Below, piece after piece: positions 1 through 7,993 of a stretch of 64,000 nt of DNA (positions are counted from its first letter, which is position 1; the number at the start of each line of letters is the position of its first letter). The translations under genes were made by a program, and so were the position numbers. The stretch is from an uncultured Alphaproteobacteria bacterium (GTDB taxonomy: Bacteria; Pseudomonadota; Alphaproteobacteria; Rickettsiales; UBA998), in assembly GCA_963803575.1 (NCBI GenBank), contig CAWDMW010000002.1:1314308-1378307 (forward strand). Direction: 5' to 3'. The notes under the pieces were generated by a model, which saw only the letters and a list, made by a program, of their open reading frames with translations, had not been told where the DNA came from and searched no databases.

Positions 1-738
1 CAACCGATCTAGCAAAAGAATTAATCCACCCGTTACAAGCGGTATGGGAGCCAGAAAATAGATGTTTGGAGTAGTGAACCATTTATCAAAGATGCGGCTA
101 CTCACCAAAGGAGTAGCAAGCGAAACAACCGCAATACCGAAGGCTGTTAGCCACAAGCTATAACGCGCCCATTTCACCGCTTTGTGTTGCAATGCGTGTT
201 CCGTTTTCATGATAAGCCAGCATGAGCCGATAAAGATGTATCCGGCAGCAACACATAACCCGATGAGCAAACTGAACATATGTGAAATGAGTGCCGTGTC
301 AAAGGCAAGAATATATCTGCCCAGCATATAGCCCTGTGACAAAGCCGCTAGCAAGGAACCTGTGAAAAATGCATGATTCCATAAATGTTTGCGTTTGGCG
401 TGTACTTTGGCGCGGAAATCAAATGATACCCCTCGCAATATGAGGGCAATGAGTAAAATAGCTGTTGGTAGGTAAAGCGAGGTTAGAATCAGCCCGTGAG
501 CAATAGGGAAGGCTACTAGTAAAATGCCGATTCCCAGCACAAGCCACGTTTCATTGGCATCCCAAAACGGACCAATAGAGGCAATCATTTTATCTTTTTC
601 CTCGTCTTCTGCCAGTTGCATGAGCATCCCAACACCTAAATCGTAGCCATCCAGCACGACATACAGCAGGATAGACAATCCCATTAATCCGGCAAATGCA
701 AACGCTAACCAGTGACCTTCCGTTACTAACAAATCCAT
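1..738 (-). CDS. cydB: cytochrome bd-type quinol oxidase subunit II (N-terminal part; gene runs off left edge)
   Basis: Minus-strand frame is open from the ATG at 738 to the window edge. Translation MDLLVTEGHWLAFAFAGLMGLSILLYVVLDGYDLGVGML is a typical CydB N-terminus. The start lies 2 nt after the cydA stop. Confidence 0.85.
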   Translation of the reverse strand, partial: MDLLVTEGHWLAFAFAGLMGLSILLYVVLDGYDLGVGMLMQLAEDEEKDKMIASIGPFWDANETWLVLGIGILLVAFPIAHGLILTSLYLPTAILLIALILRGVSFDFRAKVHAKRKHLWNHAFFTGSLLAALSQGYMLGRYILAFDTALISHMFSLLIGLCVAAGYIFIGSCWLIMKTEHALQHKAVKWARYSLWLTAFGIAVVSLATPLVSSRIFDKWFTTPNIYFLAPIPLVTGGLILLLDRL

Positions 739-739
739 C

Positions 740-2122
740 TTACTGGTTTCCTTCTAACACTTGACGGCTTGCGGCAACACCGGGGCGTGTGCCAACAGGT
801 GCTTTATCCGGACGTGGTTCATAGTTTGATGCCTTACCGGCCAGATAGTAAATAGTGCTAATAAAAGCAATTAACAGCAAAACATAGGTAATGATGTAAG
901 CCGCTAGTGTGGAGGCTACCATGCCAGCCGGCACATTTGCTACGGCATCAGCTGTTTTCAGGACACCACTGACCAACCATGGTTGACGCCCTATTTCAGT
1001 GGTATACCAGCCGGCAGTTGTGGCGATCCATCCGGAAAATGCCATGCCTGTCAGCACATAACTCATCCATTTAGCGGGTTGTTTGTGCCTTTTGAGTTGA
1101 TACGCAGCCACCCATGAAACAAACAGCATGAGCACACCCGTTCCAATCATAATCCGAAAGGCATAAAAAACAGGTGCAACCGGTGGGTGATATTCAAACT
1201 CATTTAATCCGCGCACTTCTCCTTCCCAGTCATGGGTTAAAATCAGACTGGTAATACCGGGAATGGCAATTTCATAAGCATTGTTGCGGTCTACTTCATT
1301 GGGAACAGCAAATAAACGCAGTGCTGCCCCTGTTTCTGTATCCCATATGCCTTCCATCGCAGCAATTTTTTGCGGCTGGTGCTTCAGCGTATTTAGCCCG
1401 TGCATGTCACCCATGAAAATTTGCAGAGGGATTAATAAGGCAGCAAGGTAAACACCGGTTTTCATGCCCGCAATCACGCCAGCTTCGCGATCACCTTTCA
1501 CCCAGCGATACGCAGACATCCCCGCCACCAAAAAAGCAGCTGTGAGTCCAGATGCTAGCAGCATATGAGTCAGCCGATAAGGCATAGAAGGGTTAAAGAT
1601 AATCTCCATCCAGTTTGTCGCATACACGATGCCGTCGCGCACTTCATAGCCTGCTGGTGTGTGCATCCAGCTATTAAGTACAATAATCCAGAAGGCCGAC
1701 AGGCTGGTGCCAAACGCGACCAAAATAGTGGCCATGGTATGAACTTTGTTAGAAACCCGACGGAATCCGAATAACATAATCCCCAAAAAAGTTGCTTCCA
1801 GAAAGAAAGCTGTCATCACTTCGTAAGCAAGTAAAGGCCCCGCGATGTTACCTACGGTTTCCATGAATCCCGGCCAGTTTGTGCCAAACTGAAATGACAT
1901 GGTAATGCCTGACACCACGCCAAGGGCAAAACATAACGCAAATACTTTGACATATAAGCGGTAGCAATCCATCCACTTATCATCACCAGTCGCGTTAAAG
2001 CGCAGCTTGAAGAATAATAATATCCATCCAAGTGCAATGGTAATGGTAGGGAACAAAATATGAAACGTGATGTTTGCACCAAATTGAGCGCGAGATAAGA
2101 GTAACGTATCAACACCATCCAT
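740..2122 (-). CDS. cydA: cytochrome bd-type quinol oxidase subunit I (460 aa, short Q-loop/CioA-like length)
   Basis: ORF-track protein begins MDGVDTLLLSRAQFGANITFHILFPTITIALGW and contains GRQPW, both CydA hallmarks. It lies immediately upstream of cydB. Confidence 0.92.
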   Translation of the reverse strand: MDGVDTLLLSRAQFGANITFHILFPTITIALGWILLFFKLRFNATGDDKWMDCYRLYVKVFALCFALGVVSGITMSFQFGTNWPGFMETVGNIAGPLLAYEVMTAFFLEATFLGIMLFGFRRVSNKVHTMATILVAFGTSLSAFWIIVLNSWMHTPAGYEVRDGIVYATNWMEIIFNPSMPYRLTHMLLASGLTAAFLVAGMSAYRWVKGDREAGVIAGMKTGVYLAALLIPLQIFMGDMHGLNTLKHQPQKIAAMEGIWDTETGAALRLFAVPNEVDRNNAYEIAIPGITSLILTHDWEGEVRGLNEFEYHPPVAPVFYAFRIMIGTGVLMLFVSWVAAYQLKRHKQPAKWMSYVLTGMAFSGWIATTAGWYTTEIGRQPWLVSGVLKTADAVANVPAGMVASTLAAYIITYVLLLIAFISTIYYLAGKASNYEPRPDKAPVGTRPGVAASRQVLEGNQ

Positions 2123-2125
2123 GAA

Positions 2126-2692
2126 TTAGTCTCCTTTTTTTCCACCGCTAATAAGCGATAATTTGTCTTTCATTTCGTATAGACGGTATACTTTTGAGCC
2201 AAGCGTCATTAAATTAACAATACGTTGTGTATCCATTTGTTGCATGTCTTTGTACCAACGGGTGAGCAGTTCAATCAGATCATGCATTTCTGCCATTTGG
2301 CGATGAGCATGTTGCTCTTCTGGTGTATGAGGCTTGGCTAGCATGACGTCACGCAACATAGTTAGTGTCGGGTCAATCTCACGGCTTTTGCGTTGCTCTG
2401 CCAGTGTTCGTACAATTTCCCATATATCTTCCGGTACAGTGAAGTAGTCTTTACGGTCTTTTTGAAAATGTTTGACTCGTGTCAGGTTCCAGTTATCCAG
2501 CTCTTTCAGCCCCATACTAACATTTGAACGGGAAAATCCAAGTGTATCGCCTATTTCATCGGCGCAAAGTGGTTTGGCAGAAATGTAGAGCAATGCATAA
2601 ATTTGACCCACTGTACGGTTGATTCCCCAACGGCTGCCCATTTCTCCAAAATGTGCAATAAAGCTGTACATGGGTTCAGAAATTGCTGTCAT
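2126..2692 (-). CDS. GbsR/MarR-type winged-helix transcriptional regulator
   Basis: 188 aa with ...GSRWGINRTVGQIYALLYISAKPLCADEIGDTLGFSRSNVSMGLKELDNWNL..., the GbsR-like wHTH pattern. It sits 3 nt upstream of cydA on the same strand. Confidence 0.7.
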   Translation of the reverse strand: MTAISEPMYSFIAHFGEMGSRWGINRTVGQIYALLYISAKPLCADEIGDTLGFSRSNVSMGLKELDNWNLTRVKHFQKDRKDYFTVPEDIWEIVRTLAEQRKSREIDPTLTMLRDVMLAKPHTPEEQHAHRQMAEMHDLIELLTRWYKDMQQMDTQRIVNLMTLGSKVYRLYEMKDKLSLISGGKKGD

Positions 2693-2748
2693 GTCTATTT
2701 CCTGTCATTTCAGTGTTTTTTGAAATTACAGGAAATACCAGTTATTTG

Positions 2749-3600
2749 TCAAGTATTAGTCGTATTTAACCGTCTGCGATCATAATGATTTTGGTGAATA
2801 ACGGTGCAGAGTAACACTAACACGAAGAAACCAGTAGCTACAGCCACCACGCTTGCCCCTGAGGGAATGTCAAGCCATAGTGAATTGCACAGACCAACAG
2901 CCATGGCACACACTGCCAGCAAGGATGCAGTCATGGCCATTTGCAAAGGGGTTGTGACTAATTGTCGTGCTGTGGCAGCAGGAATAATCAGTAAAGAGGT
3001 AATCAATAATATCCCGACAATACGAATAGATAGTGCTACGGCAATTGCGATCAGTAGCATCAATAGCATATTTAGTCTGGTTGTAGGGATGCCTTCTGCC
3101 TTGGCTAAATCTTCATGAATGGTGATAAGCAAAAAACGTTGCCAATTGCGATGCAAAGTGAAAAAAATTACAACTCCCCCCAGTGCAATCCATGCAATAT
3201 CATGCATACCAACGGTCAGTAAGTCACCAAACAAATAACTATGCAAATCAACATTAGGCAAGTTCATCAAACTAATGGCAATCATTCCAAGTGATAGGCT
3301 GCTATGTGCCATAATGCCCAGTAGTGTGTCGGTAGCAAGTATACGTAATTGTTGCAACCATGTGAGTATAATAGCGCATAGGGAGCATACGATAATAATG
3401 CCAATCATGGATGCAACAGATTCCGAAAAGCCATACTGGCTGGCAACTAACCCTACAGCAATACCGGGTAGCGCACTATGTGCCAGAGAATCACCAAAAT
3501 AGGCCATACGACGCCAGACTACAAAACACCCCAGAAAACCAGCGATGCAGGCAATAAGTATACCAGCAATCAGTGCGCGCAAAAAGAAATCGTCAAACAT
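2749..3600 (-). CDS. znuB: zinc/manganese ABC transporter permease (ZnuB-like)
   Basis: 283-aa polytopic membrane protein of the ABC-3 permease type (FFLRALIAGILIA..., ...GILLITSLLIIPAATARQL). It is directly downstream of a ZnuC-like ATPase. Confidence 0.85.
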   Translation of the reverse strand: MFDDFFLRALIAGILIACIAGFLGCFVVWRRMAYFGDSLAHSALPGIAVGLVASQYGFSESVASMIGIIIVCSLCAIILTWLQQLRILATDTLLGIMAHSSLSLGMIAISLMNLPNVDLHSYLFGDLLTVGMHDIAWIALGGVVIFFTLHRNWQRFLLITIHEDLAKAEGIPTTRLNMLLMLLIAIAVALSIRIVGILLITSLLIIPAATARQLVTTPLQMAMTASLLAVCAMAVGLCNSLWLDIPSGASVVAVATGFFVLVLLCTVIHQNHYDRRRLNTTNT

Positions 3601-3605
3601 AAGGA

Positions 3606-4322
3606 TTAATGATGATGGTCGTGTTGATGGTTATAGATGGTAATCATGCGTGCCATATGATCGCCAAACAGGTGAGTAAATGAGGGGTGCTGGGTCACGA
3701 TCTCAGGCTTCCCTTCACAACAAATATGATGATACAGGCAAATCACTTTCCTAGTCGAGCGCATGACCAGATGCAGATCATGAGATACCATAACAATAGA
3801 TATATTACGAGTTATATAAAGCTGGTTAAGCAGATCATAAAATGCCAGTTGTCCAGCAAGATCAAGATTTTGTGCTGGTTCATCTAATATCAGTACATTA
3901 GGATTGTTCAATAATGCTCTTGCGAGCAAAAGGCGCTGTAACTCACCTCCAGAAAGCACATGCAGTTGTGTTTCAAGAAAAGCGCTAATCTTCGTGTCAG
4001 AAACAACCTGATCTATTTCACCGCGTGTTGCAGGCTTGGCCAATGTTAAAAACTGTTTTGCCGTGATGGGTAGAGTTGCATCTGCTACCAGCCTTTGTGG
4101 CACATACCCAATCTTGAGATGATCCGCGTGCAACACCTGTCCCGTATCAGGGCGTTGCAGATGCATCAGGCATTTGATTAATAAAGACTTTCCTGCTCCG
4201 TTCGGGCCAATAATGGTGATGAAGTCTTGCGAATGCACATCAAGGGATACGTTGTCTAACAAAGCACGCTGGTTGCGAGTAATATGCAAATGAGAAGCAG
4301 AAATAAGCGGAGCAGGCGACAT
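3606..4322 (-). CDS. znuC: zinc ABC transporter ATP-binding protein (ZnuC-like), His-rich C-terminal tail
   Basis: Walker A GPNGAGKS, signature LSGGELQR and Walker B LILDEP are present, and the C-terminus is NHQHDHHH. The ORF is open to 4361, but MSPAPLISASHL (ATG at 4322) fits ZnuC N-termini better. Confidence 0.85.
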   Translation of the reverse strand: MSPAPLISASHLHITRNQRALLDNVSLDVHSQDFITIIGPNGAGKSLLIKCLMHLQRPDTGQVLHADHLKIGYVPQRLVADATLPITAKQFLTLAKPATRGEIDQVVSDTKISAFLETQLHVLSGGELQRLLLARALLNNPNVLILDEPAQNLDLAGQLAFYDLLNQLYITRNISIVMVSHDLHLVMRSTRKVICLYHHICCEGKPEIVTQHPSFTHLFGDHMARMITIYNHQHDHHH

Positions 4323-4330
4323 GTATCTCA

Positions 4331-4342
4331 AAGCTATAGCTT
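4331..4342. promoter_or_regulatory. perfect 12-bp palindrome AAGCTATAGCTT in the divergent znuC / binding-protein spacer (candidate operator)
   Basis: Read directly from the sequence. It lies 9-20 nt upstream of the znuC ATG. No canonical Zur box was recognised. Confidence 0.3.
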
Positions 4343-4408
4343 GGCTATGAGTCGTTCGCAAGCATTATGCAGCAGACAACACGTTGCAATTGATTTATAG
4401 TGGATTAC

Positions 4409-5203
4409 ATGAAAAGCGTCCTTTCTTACATTATGCTGTTTATCTTCGTTTTAGGTGACGCATCCATAGTTTTTGCCCAGCATGAGCATGATAGCGTATT
4501 AGAAAGCCTGACCGTCATGGCCGATCCAAGTTTATCTGTGCCGCTCGACATTATTGCCCGCCAATATGCCGTAGATCATAATATATCTGTAACTACAGTA
4601 TATTCTCCGACACATCGCCAGATTCAGGCTATTGAAGCAGGGGAAGAGGCCAATATACTCATTGCTGCAAAAGTGCGCTGGATTGATGAATTACAGCAAA
4701 AAGGATTGATTGATGTATTTTCACGCACCAACATAGCGCGCAACCGATTGGTGATTGCTACGCACGTGGAACATAAGCAGAACATCAACCCTACAGATAT
4801 TAATACCATTCAGGATATCACGCCTGTGCCTGATGATTTCATGTTTGTGATAGGCGATCCGGAATATACGGCTGAAGGATATTACGCTATGCAAGCATTG
4901 TCACATCATGATCTGCATTTACTCCTTGAGCCATACTATTCTTTTATTGGATCCATGCATAAAGTCGCCCGGTTAGTCACTGAGTATCATGCGCAGGGTT
5001 TGATGTTTCGTAGTGATGCTTTGCTGCATCCAAAGGTTCGTATCGCACACACGTTCAAGCCTTCCACCCATTCCCCTATTCTCTATCAGGCTGCGGTAAT
5101 TGCCGATGCACGTATGGAACCAGCCCGCGAATTTCTGGAATACCTAATATCTGATTCGTCACGCGCTACTTTTAAGGTATACGGACTTGATCCGGTATTT
5201 TAA
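4409..5203 (+). CDS. periplasmic ModA-family (molybdate-binding-protein-like) solute-binding protein, orphan
   Basis: Signal peptide MKSVLSYIMLFIFVLGDASIVFA is present. LTVMADPSL...IQAIEAGEEANILIAAKVRWIDELQQKGLI...IGDPEYTAEGYYAMQAL...MFRSDAL aligns block by block with E. coli ModA. The ORF-track start at 4400 is a GTG; the ATG at 4409 is preferred. Confidence 0.7.
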   Translation: MKSVLSYIMLFIFVLGDASIVFAQHEHDSVLESLTVMADPSLSVPLDIIARQYAVDHNISVTTVYSPTHRQIQAIEAGEEANILIAAKVRWIDELQQKGLIDVFSRTNIARNRLVIATHVEHKQNINPTDINTIQDITPVPDDFMFVIGDPEYTAEGYYAMQALSHHDLHLLLEPYYSFIGSMHKVARLVTEYHAQGLMFRSDALLHPKVRIAHTFKPSTHSPILYQAAVIADARMEPAREFLEYLISDSSRATFKVYGLDPVF

Positions 5204-5324
5204 TGCTGAGACAAATGACTCTGTCGGCGTGTCAAAATAGTATGCCATAGAAGAAATTTCCCGTTTTGAACAAGATAAACCTTTCTACTTATTTACAATT
5301 GATAACAGGCTTGTTACATCATTC

Positions 5325-5353
5325 TTGACAGCTTAGCAGTGAACATGTATAAG
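5325..5353 (+). promoter_or_regulatory. candidate sigma70 promoter for the RTX gene
   Basis: TTGACA (5325-5330), a 17-nt spacer and TATAAG (5348-5353), about 48 nt upstream of the ATG at 5401. Confidence 0.4.
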
Positions 5354-5400
5354 TTGTCATAGGTTATTATTTTATTAACAACAATTGTAAGGATTAAGAA

Positions 5401-6153
5401 ATGAGTAATATTAACGGAATAGACGATCAACAAAACACGCTTTGGGGCGGTATGGGTGATGACTTTATCACTGGTGGAAATCTGGCTGATTTGCTAGGTG
5501 GTAACGAAGGTAACGATACTGTAGCTGGTGCTGACGGTAACGATACAATCTATGGCTGGACTGGCGATGACGTGCTTTACGGTGATGGTGGCGATGATTT
5601 TGTTACTGGTGATGCTGGTAACGATACGATCTGGGGCTGGACTGGTAATGATGAATTATACGGTGGCGAAGGCAACGATGTGATCGGTGGCGATGAAGGT
5701 AACGATACTTTAGGCGGTGACGCTGGTAACGATACGCTTTACGGCTGGACTGGTGATGATTCTATTTTCGGTGGCGAAGGCAATGATGTAATCAGTGCTG
5801 GTGAAGGTAACGATTCCGTTGCTGGTGGCGCTGGTGCTGACATGTTTGTTTACACTGCTGGTGGCGACACGGTAACTGGTTTTGAATTTGGTGTTGATAC
5901 ACTAACATTCGATTTCGGCGCTGATGGATATGCATTGTCAGACGTAAACAGTGTTCTTTCATTCGTTAGCATGATTGAATCTGATGGTAATGGTGCTACT
6001 GATGCCTTCATTCGTGAAGATGATCTGGTACTGGATTTCGGTGGCAACGTAAATTACATCGAATTGCTTGATGTGATCGGTGGTGCATTAACGGCTGATG
6101 CACTAACTGCTGAAGGTGCTGACATGTGGGGTGATGCTGGTCTGGCTGCATAA
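5401..6153 (+). CDS. RTX-type calcium-binding nonapeptide-repeat protein (250 aa)
   Basis: About 15 consecutive GGxGxDxUx-type nonamers (GNDTVAGADGNDTIYGWTGDDVLYGDGGDDFVTGDAGNDTIWGWTGNDELYGGEGNDVIGG...) with no N-terminal signal peptide, as in T1SS substrates. Confidence 0.85.
   Translation: MSNINGIDDQQNTLWGGMGDDFITGGNLADLLGGNEGNDTVAGADGNDTIYGWTGDDVLYGDGGDDFVTGDAGNDTIWGWTGNDELYGGEGNDVIGGDEGNDTLGGDAGNDTLYGWTGDDSIFGGEGNDVISAGEGNDSVAGGAGADMFVYTAGGDTVTGFEFGVDTLTFDFGADGYALSDVNSVLSFVSMIESDGNGATDAFIREDDLVLDFGGNVNYIELLDVIGGALTADALTAEGADMWGDAGLAA
5446..5850 (+). repeat. 27-nt (nonapeptide) tandem coding repeat, about 15 units
   Basis: Residues G16 to V150 of the RTX ORF form 15 x 9 aa units. GGTAACGATAC and GGCTGGACTGG recur at the DNA level. 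Confidence 0.8.
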
Positions 6154-6184
6154 TCCAGATTGCATGATTTGCATGTAAGCATAA

Positions 6185-6218
6185 GGGAGTCAGGTAATAT
6201 ATCTGGCTCCCTTTTTTT
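6185..6218 (+). terminator. rho-independent terminator after the RTX gene
   Basis: Stem GGGAGTCAG / CTGGCTCCC (one G-U pair), 9-nt loop, followed by TTTTTTT (6212-6218). Confidence 0.7.
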
Positions 6219-6224
6219 ACTGTT

Positions 6225-6968
6225 CTACGCAGCATCAGACGCGATGTCGTCCTCTCCAATCACTTCAAGAAAAGCCGTCTCCAGGTTCATATTAGCGTAG
6301 CGCTCACAGAATGTTTTGGTCGTTCCATAATACTTCAACGTGGTATCATGCAAGATAGCGATGCGGTCACATATCTCTTCAATATCCGCCAGAATATGTG
6401 AACTAAAGAAAATCGTGCGCCCTGCATCACGTTCTTGCTTCAGCCGTGTCTTTAATTGTATACGCGCTTTAGGATCTAAACCACTCATCGGCTCATCTAA
6501 GATAATTAACGGTGTTGGAATCATGAGTGCGGCAATTAATCCTGTTTTTTGCCCCATACCTTTTGAGTAAGAAGATACGCGTTTATCCAACGCTTCAGGT
6601 AGCAATCCAAGCATATCTGCCTGTCGTCGTGCTTCATCATGGTCGTAGACTAAACCATAGTAAGAGTGTGCTAAAGACAGGTACTCTTTACCCGTAAGAA
6701 AACGAGAAGGCTGGAATTTTTCTGGCAGGTACGATAGGTGGCGTTTGGCTTTGATCTGCTGCCAATGATCTCCGTATAGCTGGATATTTCCTGCATCAGC
6801 GCTAATCAGATTCAGAATGGTTTTGATAAGGGTTGTCTTGCCAATACCATTTAGCCCAATCAAGCCAAATATCTCACCGGCATGGAGTTCCAGTGAGATA
6901 TTGTCTAAGATTAAACGCCCTTCAAATGACTTGTAGACAGATTCAATAGATAAAGGAGATACGCTCAT
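6225..6968 (-). CDS. ABC transporter ATP-binding protein (ABC-2/NatA-like), no adjacent permease
   Basis: Walker A GLNGIGKTT, signature YSKGMGQK and Walker B LIILDEP are present. The ORF is open to 6992; the ATG at 6968 (MSVSPLSIESVYKSF) is preferred. Confidence 0.8.
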   Translation of the reverse strand: MSVSPLSIESVYKSFEGRLILDNISLELHAGEIFGLIGLNGIGKTTLIKTILNLISADAGNIQLYGDHWQQIKAKRHLSYLPEKFQPSRFLTGKEYLSLAHSYYGLVYDHDEARRQADMLGLLPEALDKRVSSYSKGMGQKTGLIAALMIPTPLIILDEPMSGLDPKARIQLKTRLKQERDAGRTIFFSSHILADIEEICDRIAILHDTTLKYYGTTKTFCERYANMNLETAFLEVIGEDDIASDAA

Positions 6969-7013
6969 CACGCTATTCCAGCGCAGAAACATTAGAAAAT
7001 CGTAAATCTGTGA

Positions 7014-7862
7014 CTATAAATCTTTAGTGCGGTGGTATTTGACCATCCACTCACTAACAATGCGGTCGCATCGTTCCTTTATGTCACGTTGGCTACCAAT
7101 ACCCAGCCTTCGCCGCTCCCGATTAGAAACAAGGCGATCCAGTTCCTTCTTAACCACATCTGACACATTAACTTTAATGGTTGTGGCATACTCATAGGGA
7201 ATCGCAAAATTTGTGTGAAGCTCATGAAGCATTGCGGTTGCCTCATCACGATAGGTCTGTATCTGAGTGTCAATAAAATCCTGCTCGTGTTTATCCTGAC
7301 CTGAAGTATAGTAGTAATACATATATTGATGTTTGCAGTAATGATCAGATAGCTCTCCTATCAACTCATCACGGCGCTCGCTACTTTTCAGCCAGCGCTC
7401 TTCAGCCAGCTTTTCTTCTGTCAGTTCCCGAATTAGGCTGGCAGCTTCTTCATTGCCGTAATATTCTGCAATTTCATAAGGCATCATTCCATTAAGATCA
7501 CGCACACTATAATCGACTTTCGCCTCTTCAATCAAAAACTTCATCATCGACAGATTATTATCCCGTGCTGCAATAAGGATAGGGTACTGATTATTCGCAC
7601 CACCCCTATTTAAATCGGCTCCATACTTTGAAAGCATTCGCAGCACCGGCACTGCATCATCATCAGAGCGTCCCGCCGCGACTGATACCATAGGCAAGCC
7701 AATATTATTGATTTCGTTTGGGTTCGCCCCCTTTTTAAGCAATAGCTCTACATCATCTGCACGGCTGAAACGCACACGATAAGCAAGCTCTTCAGACATG
7801 CTAAGCGCATATGATGTTGAAGTGGTGCAAAGCACTAAAAATAAACACAGCAATATTCTCAT
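7014..7862 (-). CDS. secreted ankyrin-repeat protein
   Basis: Signal peptide MRILLCLFLVLCTTSTSYA, then three ANK-like repeats (DDVELLLKKGANPNE..., ...VLRMLSKYGADLN..., ...MMKFLIEEAKVDYSVRD...), then a charged C-terminal domain of about 130 aa with no recognised family. The ORF is open to 7925. Confidence 0.75.
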   Translation of the reverse strand: MRILLCLFLVLCTTSTSYALSMSEELAYRVRFSRADDVELLLKKGANPNEINNIGLPMVSVAAGRSDDDAVPVLRMLSKYGADLNRGGANNQYPILIAARDNNLSMMKFLIEEAKVDYSVRDLNGMMPYEIAEYYGNEEAASLIRELTEEKLAEERWLKSSERRDELIGELSDHYCKHQYMYYYYTSGQDKHEQDFIDTQIQTYRDEATAMLHELHTNFAIPYEYATTIKVNVSDVVKKELDRLVSNRERRRLGIGSQRDIKERCDRIVSEWMVKYHRTKDL

Positions 7863-7993
7863 AGACTCAAGTATAGTATATTTTATAGGTAAAATCCAGT
7901 TAAAGGCTCTTGACAAATAATGCATAAGATATATCTGACAGAGAAGAATAACTGATAACGACCAAAATAGCCTATAAACAGGTAACGCATATT

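Noticed and set aside
4323-4408. Canonical Zur box in the znuC / binding-protein spacer
   Set aside because: No match to the AT-rich Zur palindromes I know was found. Only the unrelated AAGCTATAGCTT palindrome is present, and it is reported separately at low confidence.
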